64,000 nucleotides of DNA from assembly GCF_009914755.1 (NCBI RefSeq), contig NC_060930.1. One strand, given 5' to 3'. The stretch's first letter is position 1; every line of letters begins with the position of its first letter. The position numbers were made by a program, and so were the translations under genes. Below, one piece after another: positions 28,966 to 41,600 of the stretch. Origin of the DNA: the human T2T-CHM13v2.0 reference genome, Homo sapiens. Below the pieces are notes generated by a model. That model worked only from the letters and a program-made list of their open reading frames with translations, made no database searches and had not been told where the DNA came from.

Positions 28966-30339
28966 ACCCTATTGTCTCTGTCATTCTTTACTGTCCTGCA
29001 AAAGAAATGTATCACCTGTGTTTTAAGAATTAAAGAGAAAAATTTTGTGGTTGGCTAATCTGGTCTTGATGCCTGATTATAAAAAAAAAAAACAAAAAAA
29101 AAATCTATAGCATTGTCAACAATCTATTTCCTATTTCTAAAAGAACTTTTAATTTTCTCACTAGCCTTAAAAAAAGTGTCTTTTTTAAAAAAGCAGCTGA
29201 CTTTCCATCTTATTAAATGTCTACCTTGCATAATGTCAGAGAAACTCATTCTAATGCTGCCCAGGAAAACTAAGATTAATTGGAGTTAAATCCGATTGAA
29301 GGCTATGTAAGCTATGTTCTTTTGGTTACCAGATCCACTCTTCTGTTTGCATGGATCAGCATCCTACCTATTTTTCCAACTCCCAAAAGTATTAGAAGCC
29401 ACAAGCACAGCTCGCTCCATTTCTCTTCTCTTTTTATGCCTCCCCTTTTCCTTGTAACCAGTATTATCCATGGGAGAGGTTCCACATGGGATTTTCCAAG
29501 AGGCCAGGCCAGCTTGACACACAGGGCCCTTCCTTACTCAGCCCAACCGCAACCCTCTTCCACCTCCTGCTTCCCCTCATCCTTTTGATTGTGTGTGCTT
29601 TTCCCTTTCATTACTGCTAATGGCTCTGAATGGGTCTCTTGTGCATAAGGAGAGACAATAGTCTTCATTTAATGGTATTATTTACAATAGGAAAAATAGT
29701 TTTAAAAAGAGAAAGTGGGAGAGACAGTTATAGCAAGAGGCTTGACTGTGAAGCCTCTTTTATTAGGGGTCTGGCACCCTCCTCACCTTTTCCTGGCCAT
29801 CAGCCAAGCTCTCCTTCACTCCAGAGCGGCCCTTGAGTTTTGCTACAGTTTCCGTATGATGCCACAGCAGCCAGGCTCTATGGTGTGACTCATTTCCGCA
29901 GCAAGAGTGCTCCAGTACATTAACAGCTTTCTCTTCTTTGATCAAGTGAGACCAGGGCATCCATTCTCATGGCCAGTGTTTTCATATGATTAGTCTTTTC
30001 CCAGGCACACCTGCATGGAGGACAGAAGGCTGCCTGTAGAGGAAGCTGCTGAGCCTGATTTCATTGGAAGAGTAGGTGAAGAAGGGACAGCTGAGACCCC
30101 GGGGCTACTCTGGCCCAGGCATGGTCCTTGTGAGAATTTGAAAACTCTGTCTTCTTTGAGCCAGTGGATTAGGAAGAGTCGCCTGTCTCAGTGGACACAG
30201 CCCTACAAGCCCCCCACTGAGGTCCACACACACTTTGCACAAATGCAGGACTACATGCAGCAACTTGAGCAGGATTTGATGTCTCTACCAGCCATTTGAG
30301 CTTCAGCTGACAATAGCAGTGACATAGTGCCCCGGCAGA

Positions 30340-30595
30340 GGGCATGGTACCTACGCCCAGACTGTGTCTAGAGTTTGAATCTCGGGTTTACCATTCGTTG
30401 CCTGTGCAGGTCTATTATCTTGGGCAAGTTATTTACTTGTTCCATGTCTCAGTTTCCTTATCTGTGAAATGGTTATGCAATAATAGCATCTAATTCAGAG
30501 GTCACTGGAAGGATTATGTGAGGAAACTTACAGAAAGAATGCAGAACAATGCCAACCATAAAGAAAGCTCTCATCAAATGCTGTCTGTTGTGACT
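30340..30595 (+). mobile_element. MIR SINE
   Basis: TTGGGCAAGTTATTTA...TCTCAGTTTCCTTATCTGTGAAATGG core. Confidence 0.75.
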
Positions 30596-31156
30596 TATAA
30601 ATAGCAAAGTGCTAAGGTAACCTAGACCTTAGCAAAAATTGAAAATTGCTGATGTTACCTCCAGGAATTCCAGCCTTATCCTCTGTACTTTTTTTAATTA
30701 TCTGAATTCTCCCCATTTTTGAGTAAAATAACCAATAATGACTGACCTTTACTTTGTGTTCATTATATGTCAGACTCTATGTTAAATACTTTGCAAATAT
30801 GATATTGTTTAATCATCCCAACAACTTTCTGAAATAGGTTCTTCTATTAACCCTGTTTTTCAGATGAAGAGCTTGATGCTCATAGAAGCTGAGCAACTTG
30901 TTTAAGGTCCAAAAGCCAGCAAGTGGCTCAGGTGGCATTTGGGAAAACCTCTTATCTGTATAAATATGCATAAATTTAATACCTTAAGGTATTGCTTTTT
31001 TTCTTTCCTACTTTTGTGTCGTAAAATTGTATATTTCTTAATATTCCTGCTGACTCCTTTCTGAAAGCAGAGATCACAGTATGGCCCCTTAAGACCTTAC
31101 AAATAGTTTGGTATGACTGCCTATTTAGAAATAAAATGAAAGTGGTAAACTTATAA

Positions 31157-31728
<572 letters not shown>

Positions 31729-33629
31729 ATGTCCTGGCTAGTTTTTCAAGTAACACCTATTAGTATTAGTATTAGTATTTTAATATAGATAGCTTTGCTA
31801 ACAGACTATATTTTTCTCATTCCTTTCCTAGACTATTATTTTATTTGTCTCTTTCTTATTTTATTTATTCAATTTTCTTCAAATTGCACCATTTGTTACC
31901 TAGCCTGAGGGAGCACTGGCTATTAAAACTGCACTAATAATTTTAATTGACTTAAAATTATGTAAGAACAGCACAGCAGCCAAGAAGTATGGGGCCTCCA
32001 AATAGGTGCAACAGCAGAGAGAATGTGTTGAACAAAGCAAGGTGGCTTTAGGTTCTGAACCCCCAAATTCAGCAAGACGTTACTGAAGAGGAGATGGTCT
32101 CATCGGGAAGTCCATATGGGCCACATTGCAATACAGTTATGCTTCTATTTTAGCACACATTATAGTGGAAAATTTAAGTTTCCAGAACGAACCATTGGGG
32201 CAAGAGTGCCATGAGGTGCAATTATTTACTGTATAAAAGTTGTCTCTGTTGAATATACCCTAAGAATATTTAAAATTTGATTTAAAAACTATTTAAACTA
32301 TTTATACTTAATTGTTTCAGACTGTACCTTCACTATAGCATAAAATGCATCTATACATATCTATACCTCTGACTAACCCTGTTCTAACATCAAATCTAAC
32401 AAGAAGTTTAAAACAGAATAAAGAAAGTAAAGGTGGTGGAAGTATCTACTGTATGTCAGAAAGGTAATTTGTATGTGGGCATCTGAAAAGTAGTGAAAAG
32501 ACAATTGCCTTTCAAACGATATTGGGTGGCTGTTGTAGTCTCAATTTTTCTCTTCTTAAAGTGGGAGAACACTGATACCTGATCCAGCAACCTTTGTAAG
32601 TGGAAAGAGATGATGCATGAAACAGCATTTTGACTGTCACAGTGCATGACATATTTATGAGGAATTACATGGCCATGCTTTATGGAAGGTATATGTGTTC
32701 TAGTGTCAGCTCCCAGAAAGTGGAGCCTAGTGGAGTAATTGCACCACACAGGCAATCTTAGCTATAACATGATGGCAGCCATCTACTCTCCTTTAAGATC
32801 AAGCTGGAGAAAAGTATAGTTATATAACATATTGGAAATCTTAGGGATTATTACATACAACTTGTATATTTTACAATGGAAAAGCTGAGAGCCAGAGAAT
32901 AGTAAGTACTGGCCCAATGTCACCACCTAATTACAGGCTGTGGCAATAATAGAACTCACATCTCTCAATGGTTCACCATATGGTTTTCTCTGCAATATCA
33001 TTGTCACTACTTAAAAGTAATGTGACATCTTCATTTCCTAGCACTACTCCTCATTTCCATTTTAGTCAGGACATATTACCTAACCGATTTTGGAGGGAGT
33101 TGTACATTCATGTGCAGTGCCACACAAATGGCATACAAATTATTTCATCTGAAATACAGGCTCAATTGCATATTATGCTAATAAAAAACATATATCTCAT
33201 CAAAAGCTATCATGTAGTAACATCAGTATATAACTGATGTTATAGAAATGCAATACCTTCCCAGTAGATAACTGATGTTATAGAAGTGCAATAGGATTTA
33301 GGATTTAGTTCTGCCTTTGTAACTATTTCCTACTCTTAGCCATAGTGGAAAAGGCCCACAGTCTCCTTCTAAAGACCTTGTAGTACTTAGAGCATACCTC
33401 TATTAGATCACACATTATCTCCAGCTGTCAGGCTGGCAGCTGACAGCTATCAACTACTGTATCTCTAACAATAAGCACAGTACCTGAGTACCTAATAAAT
33501 GCTAAATTAAACTTTGATGAATGAAAGAGGAAAATGAGTAAATGGACAAATTTAGAAGTGATAGCCTGTTGGGCTGGGGTTGAGGCAAGATTCAAGTCTT
33601 GGGAAGGTTATGATAAATCAGACAAAGTT

Positions 33630-34569
33630 CTTATTTCAGCAGGATCTTTTTCATTAGACTCCTCCCCACTAGGACCCTTCTTGAGTCTTGAGTACTGAGC
33701 TCTTGATTGGAACCTTGATAACAACTCGCTACTGCTATGTGACTTTAGAAAGCTCTGCTTCTGTAATATCCATCTTATTATTTTAAAAATAAAGTGCCTG
33801 AATCTGATCAGAATCTGAGTTGCTTGTTAGTCTAGGCTAAGGCTGGCGGATTAGTCATACATGACAAAATGATGAAATGGGCTGGGGAGACACAGATACG
33901 ATGAATACAAGCATTGAGAAAAGTCTTACCGGAGGATGGGTACAAGAGATTGTATCATGCTATTCTCCATACTTTCGGTATGTGTGAAATTGTCCATATA
34001 GAACATATAAATAAGTTTTGTTTTGTTCATGAGCAACTAGGCCTATGAGTAGAAGTTAGAGCTAGAGCAGCAAAATATATTGAATTTGGGAATTGGGTCT
34101 GTGCTAAAGCAGCACCAAGAAGAATGTCCCATGGAGACATACTGGTGTCTGGAGGTGCCACTGACGTTCTCTTCTGTTGACTCCTGTGCCTTTCAATGCA
34201 GTCTTCACTGGAGTTGGAAGCTCAAGCTTGTTAGGGTAGATCCTGCTCTTTCACTCCAGTACTTTTGTCACCCTCCATCCCCTGTAACTTTGATAACCAT
34301 GGACAATGACAGTGATAGAACCTTGGGTCAGGTTGGGGGCTCAAGTTGGGAGGCTTGGTTACTTCCGAGTTGGATGAGGATTTTTGCTTATTTCAGCAGG
34401 ATCATTTTCATTAGACTTCTCCCCACTAGGGCCCTTCTAGGGTCTTGAGAACTAAGCTCTTGATTGGAATCTTGATAACAACTGGTTACTACTATGTGAC
34501 TTTAGAAAGCTGACCCAGCCTCTGTGGTCTCCATCTCATGATTTTCAAAATAAAGTATCTGAATCTGAT
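33630..34569 (+). repeat. Diverged ~180-bp direct repeat pair (33630-33808 and 34387-34569)
   Basis: Both copies read CTTATTTCAGCAGGATC...CATTAGACT.CTCCCCACTAGG...GCTCTTGATTGGAA.CTTGATAACAACT...CTATGTGACTTTAGAAAGCT...AAAATAAAGT..CTGAATCTGAT. Confidence 0.9.
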
Positions 34570-36799
34570 TGGATATTTCAAAGGTATGCCTCTACTCATC
34601 AACATTTTACTATTCTTTGTTGCTGAGCACAGATTTGGTCTGAACATTCTTCTCAATGTAGTATGACAACTGGCAATATCTGGCATCTCTATCAAATAAT
34701 TTCTGAGTTCCTTTTAAATGAGCATGTTAAAATACTAAATGCCCATGTTCTGGTTTCTTGTATATTTTAGAATTTGTGACCTCTGGTCACAAATTCAGGT
34801 GACTGAAATTAGATGATTTTCTCCATATAACTTTAGATCTTAGCTGATTATATTGTTGTTTACTACATTCAAAAATGAATTCATACCATGTAGTCTATCA
34901 AAGTTATCTATCCATTTATGTATTTATTAAATAAATATGGAGTCCTCACCTTGCATCCTCTCATTTCCTGGGTAAATAAGAAGCTGAATTAGACGACGAC
35001 CTTGTCCTCTGGGAGCTTTCAATCAAGTAGGAAAAATAAGGAAAGACATATGAATACTTAAAAAATCAGGCAAGATGTGATAAATGACAAAATTGAAACA
35101 TAGATGAAATGTTTCGGAGTTTAGGAAATAAGAAAATATTTCTCACTGGTGTAAATGTATATAAAATTTAAACATGAAAAATCTATTAGAAGCCCTTTTT
35201 GTCCATCTGATGCAAGAACTGGCTTCCACAAATGATGACCAGGAGCCTGTCATTATCCAAAAGGAGTGATTTGATAGTCTATACCAAACCTGGATATGTT
35301 CTACTGACTTTTCTGTTGTTTTTCATAAACTCAAAGAGACAAAACTGCTCAGATATATTTTGCAAGGTTACTTGCTACAGCTTGAATTTTATGGGAGCTG
35401 GCATTAGATTACAGAGTAAGCCATACAGCTGAGGAGCAGTTAAATGTGGTACATCTGTCTTGGCTTCTAATAGACGTGCACTGATGAAAGTGGTGGGCAT
35501 TTGAAGGAGGAGTATCTGTACTCTTTCTGAAAGTGAAAGGCTTAGTGCAAGATTTAGTCTGTAGTCTATAGTACACATTAAAACTTATTCCACTGTAGTA
35601 TTTAAAAACTTGACACTGGTTCCATCTTTTCAATGAAGAAATATACACGCAAAGAACTGAAGTGTATTTCTTAAGTAGCCACTTTCACTTCATAGAAAAT
35701 CTTGGACCAGAAAGCACAATTCCTTGTTTTCCAAGCTACCACAAAATCATAATTTCTACTATTAATTAGGTCTGTTTTTCTTTCCATTAACTTAAATCAT
35801 CCACCATCCCCCACCATCAACTGATCCAAATTTTTCAGACTGCAGAAAAACTTATCATACAATTGTTCATCAATCTATATTGTGAAATAGCTGATAATCC
35901 TTGCAAGTGTTGCAAGCTTTGTACAAGAGCTAAGTCTGTCACTTTTTATTTGTGCTGTCTTTCCCACCTGGAAAACTTTGATTATGGGGCATTTCAAAGG
36001 GGCCACACACCAGGACAGTTAAAGAGGGTTAAATGACTGTGCTTAACTGAAGATTGTTTAGGTGCAATTCTAAATGCTCACTGTATGCAATGAACAAAAT
36101 AAGGCTTAATTAGCTTCCTGGAAGACTGCTTTTATTTTCAGCTTTTTCTTAAAAAAAAAAAAGAGCTCACATTAGCAATGTTTTGGAAAGTATTTCCTTT
36201 ATATATTTAATTTCTTGCAATGTGGTATCAATATGTTCCCTTTAAAGTAAAAAAAAATTATTGCCAATAACTTAGTTTCATGTATTGAGATAGCTATCAC
36301 ATCCAATTTCTATATGCCTGTGAAAGATACCCCCCAAACTACACACAAATGATATAATTTCATAAATGTAGATGCACCTAAGTAGATATGAAAAGGAGGG
36401 AAATTTACAATTATAAAAATACATAGCTAGAAAGCCTCATTTATCAGAGATAACATTGAATTCTATAGAATACCCTGGTGCCTGCTTTCTGCACCTGCAC
36501 CCAATAGACTGAGCATGAAAATGCAAATGAACAGGAGGAGTATACAGTATGACAAAACAGGAGTGTAGAAAATGCTTGATTTCATGCCTGCCTTCTAAAT
36601 AACTCTGAAGTTTTAATTTATTTTCTTAACATATTGAACAATGGTGACATTTCTAACAAAGCACATATAATTGGACCAGAGTAAAAATAAATTAGTGTGT
36701 ATAAAAGGAAGACGAAGCCAACATTTTCTTGGTCTCTTGACATTATCTACCACTGTCCAGTTCCCTGTTGTTTTCCTCCTTTCCTTTGTTTCAATTTAA

Positions 36800-37930
36800 T
36801 TCTATCCAGTTCCAGAAGCATTAATGGAGTATATGCTGTGTGCCAAGCACTAGACTTGGTACAAGAGCTCTAGAAACAAATAAGATGATGCCCATGTTGC
36901 CAAAGAACTCAAAGGTGGAGGAGAGGAGCTGCACTTGCCTCACTGTACCATAGTTTACAACAAAAAAGTGAATCCAAAAAGGATTCGGAAATGGAAAGTG
37001 AAGATGGCTGTTAGGGCAAGTCTTTCCAAATGAATAGATACATGAAACAAGTGTTCAGGGATAAAAGGTACTTAGCTGGAGGAATAAAGGAGGAAACAGC
37101 ATTCCAGAAAGGTATAAAGTAGAGAGAGAATCCAGGTTTCCAAAGGAAATGTAAGTAGTCTAGTGAGATTATAATGTAGACTTTAAGGTAACAAACACCA
37201 AATTATGAGCAGGGGAAAAAAAATATGGGATCCAGAAAATAAATAGGAAAAAATAATTTTGAAAGGTGTTGGGTAATCACAGGTAGAAGTGAATGCTGAA
37301 TGAATTACACATAGGGCTCACATAATTTTTAAAGGATATTTAGGACATTTCTAACGATAACCAACTGAAAATAAAGCTCAGGCATAGTCGTCAATTCAAT
37401 GATATGGACTGGGTATCACTATGTACCAATACAGTTCCTGGTCCTGCAAGAATGGAAGTGAGCAAGATGAGTCGGATCCCTGCTCCAGTGGGGCTTATGG
37501 GCTGGTAAGGGGAACTGACACTAAAACTAAACAGAGAGATGAACAAGAGAGTCTCAGATCATGAAGACATGAGGACAAGTGGCACAAGGTGAGTGATCGC
37601 CGAAGAGAGTGCTTAAGGGATGCCGTTTCTGAAGAGACTTTTTGCACAGAAACTTGGATAAAGTGCAGAAATTAGATGTTGGAAGATCTGGGAGCAGAGT
37701 TTTCCAAAAGGAGATAGCATAATTGACAATTGCAAGCAAAGCGAGAAAGGTAGCCTGACTAAAGCAAAGTAAGCAAGGGAAAGAGTGGGAGGACAAGAAG
37801 TCAGAGAAGTTGGAATGGAGCAAATCATAAAGGGCTTTGCAGGCCATGGTAAGAAATTTGAACTTTATTCTCAGTATAATGGAAATATTGATTAGTTTTC
37901 ATTGGAGGGTGCATATGATCTTATTTGAAT
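36800..37930 (-). mobile_element. Two degenerate L2 fragments
   Basis: Antisense L2 motifs TGCTGTGTGCCAAGCACT, GGCTTTGCAGGCCATGGTAAGAAATTTGAACTTTATTCT. Confidence 0.65.
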
Positions 37931-38044
37931 GCTCCCTTTGCTTTGTTCCAATATTTGTGGTCACATCATGTGCATAGAATCCACATCCATCACGAAGGAT
38001 CTGCAGACTATGTTTCATGTGTTCAAGACAGAAACAATGCCTCT

Positions 38045-38600
38045 ATGTGACTCTACAAAGATGACTACTATCACTTCCTTTCCTTTCTATGTACACGTGT
38101 TGCTCCTAATGTCAAGGGATAGAGCCCCGTTTCCCTTTCTTTGAATCTAAGCTGGATTTAGTGACTTGCTTGACCAATATAATGTGGCAGAAGTGATGGT
38201 CTGATTTTCAGAGGCTAGATCATAGAATTTCTTACATTTTTCACTGGATCTCTTTGGAAGCTCCTTTTTGGAACTCTCCCCCTAAAATCCCAGCTAACTC
38301 ACAATATAAAACCTAAGCTACAAGGAGGGGTCATGTGTAGGGCACCTCAGTGGAAAGCTCCAGCTGAGGTCCCCGCTGACAGCCAGCATCAGCTGCCAAC
38401 CGTGGCTGGACTGGATAAACATCAAGTCCAGTCAAGACTTGAGATGACTGTAGTCCCAGCCAACATCTGACTACAATTTTACAAAAGTCCCCAAGCAAGA
38501 ACTTCTCAGGTGAGCTCATCAATTTATGAAATATGGGAGATGTTAACAAATAATTGTTTTAAATTTGGGGTGGTTTATAATGCAGTGGTAGTTGATCAGA
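38045..38600 (+). mobile_element. Old MLT1 LTR immediately flanking the WTAP retrocopy
   Basis: CTTTGAATCTAAGCTGG...GTGACTTGCTTGACCAATATAATGTGGCAGAAGTGAT and an MLT1-type 3' end TTTGGGGTGGTTTATAATGCAG. Confidence 0.7.
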
Positions 38601-41600
38601 ATGGTCTCTTTTTTTAAAATAATTTAATTACAAGTAATTGTTTTTGAATAATTTTTTAAAATTACAAACAAAAAAATCAACCCATTCCTAAAATCACCCA
38701 CAAACATAATAGAAAGCACTTTGAAAGATATACCTCTAAACACTCTAAAATGTGTACAGTCTCACATAAATGAAATATTTTAACTGAACTGGACAGGTTA
38801 TTTCCGGGAATCTTTCTTCCTCAAAATTAAAACAGAAAAACAGTAAAGTGAAGACACACAAACACACGCGCGCATGCACGCAACCCAAAGCAAAACCCAT
38901 TCCACTACTGGAAATATTCCAGACAGGGGATTGCCTGAGCCATTATTTGTTTCAAATTAGTGATGTATTTATAGTACCTGATATACTCTGGCTTACAGCC
39001 AATTTTACGGAAAAAAATCCATTTATAAGTGATTCAAATAAATCATGATTCCTTAATATAATGCAAATACATTATGTAACCATTAAAAATGTAGGTGTCT
39101 AGATACACTAAAAAATGGAAAAACGCCAAAGAGACCAAGTTAAAAAAAACAAGGTGCAACTCATCTGTGTTTATGGTATGATCACATTTGTTTAAAACAA
39201 TATACATAAAATGACTGTATATGCATAGAAATTATCTTCATGATACCCAAGAAAAAGTAATAGCAGTTACTGCTCCTGGAGAACAGAATGAGGATGTCAA
39301 GGTCAGATCCAAGAGTGACACTCACTTTTCATCTCCCCCTTTCTCAACAGTATTTCAATTTTATACACAAGCATGTATTATCTTATTAAAAGAGAAAATT
39401 TTAACAATGACAAGAAAAAAACCACAGAACTCATGACTGCCATCTAAGTGGCAAAGAAAGATGCCTGATAAATTTGAGTACATGTTAATAATACATTTTA
39501 TGGATTACTTTTCTACTAAAATCTACTAAAAAGATACTTAGGCCATTTCTACTGTGAACTTAAATGGCATAAAATATTTACAAAAGCCTTAATGCAAGCA
39601 CATAAGCTAATTTCAAACAGATCTGGTTACTTACCCTCCAACCCTCACAAATAGTGAGAATTTTAGATGCAGATTTCTTGCTGAAAAGTCATACAAACCA
39701 CTTCTTCAACCTACCCTCTGCCCCACAATCAGTTCCCTAAAGCACAAACATATGATACTTACAATTGATTTGAATGATTGAGAGAGAACTTAAGTCACCC
39801 TTGTTAAAACTGCACTTAAATGTTGCGACAAGCTGGAACATTTATCTTCCACTCATCTTAGACTCCATTATCACCAAGTGAAAATTTGAATTGGTGACTT
39901 ATAGAATGATCAGACAGAAAAAATTCACCTCCAGGATTGGATGGAAGCATGAAGAAAATAATGCCTCATTTATCTAAATGGTTAAATGAATTTGCTAGAA
40001 ATGATCAGTATATCTTTTTTCAATTCATAAAATGTCTTACTTAGGCCAGCCCACTGTTCCAACACATTATCTTCTGGCAGGCACTCTGTGAAGCTGTCCC
40101 ACATTACTTTCTACTGCAATACCCAGGGACAAAGTGTCATAAAAGTAACAAGTGTCAAGTCTCCTTGTCTTTTATGTAGGTCTTTTAAAAATGAGGCACA
40201 GCGCCTTTTCCTTCACTTTGAAGAGCACAGCAACAGTATTTCCAAAATGAATCTGCTCTCCACAGGCCCTCCCAGCCCCAAATTAAAATGTTAAATAGTA
40301 CAACAAAATCATCATAATATTCTTTGAACTTAGAAAAAAAAACCCAACTATTTCAAGGCACATTTAATTTAATATCAAGAGTGCAATACAAAAGGCCCAA
40401 ATACAATGAAGGAACACATTCCCCCATTAACACCAACGACAATGCTCTTTCAAACATGTGCCTGTTGAATGGAATGGGGATTTCATAAAATTCACTAAAA
40501 AAAAATGCAGTGAGTCTCATCACAGCTAATATCCTTATACAATCTAGTTGTGAAATGAATGTTTATAATGCTTCAAACAGTTTCAACCTGAAGTTTGATA
40601 CCACACCTTCATGTCTGTACAGTCCTCAGTAAGTTTATCTACAGTTTTTGCAGCCATTCAAAGAACAAACCATTGAATAAAACCACATTGATTAAGGCTC
40701 AAGCAAGTAATACAGAGCCCCAAACTAAATGGTTAAATATATGTGCTACTTGTACGGACATCTATTATTTGATTCTCTCATGACTATCAAAAGTTGTTTC
40801 TCAGCAAATAAAACCTTTAAAGGCAAAATTCACCTCATTTGAGTTTTGACCCAGAAGTACAACAATCATGAAGTCCACAGTCTTATTGGCAAAACTGATA
40901 CACAGTGTCTCTAAGTCACTATGCTCAAGGTTAAGAGCGATGCATATTCCATTTTTACATTTTACTGGAATTTTACATTTTCACTTCATGATTTAAAATC
41001 TCTAGGTTTTCATTCCTTCAAACTGTCTGAAGACACAGTGTGCCACAGACTTAAGACTTCTGTTTCTCCCTCTATTTTCTTCAAACAGAAACATTTCTCA
41101 AGTGTCTACATGTTCTAGAAGGGGAATTTTTCGGAGGTGGCCACTTCTTCGGAATAGTCCGATGCCATCAGGCGTCTGAAGCAAGGGGAAGGGGAAAAGA
41201 AAAAAGCTGAAACACAAGGTTCATCTGGTAAGTTTTACATTAAACATTACAAGCTGGACAGTGTAAGAATGTGGCTTTTTTTTTTTTTTTTTTTGGCTCA
41301 AAAAGTCTGAGTCTTGGTGTGGAAACGAGTACTTGGTTGTCCCACCACAGCTTTCTCGTAGTGGGACTGTCAGGGAAGTCTTAACTGGGGAGGATGATTT
41401 GTTTACCTATCAGGCGTAAACTTCCAGGCACTCAGTTCATTTTGGGCTTGTTCCAGTTTGTCTTTAGTCTGTTCCAGTTCACCTTTCATTTTTAGGAAAA
41501 ACAAGTTGATCGCTGGGTCTACCATTGTTGATCTCAGTTGGGCAACGCTCGGCTGCTGGACTTGCTTGAGGTACTGGATTTGAGTAGTACACTCTTGCAT

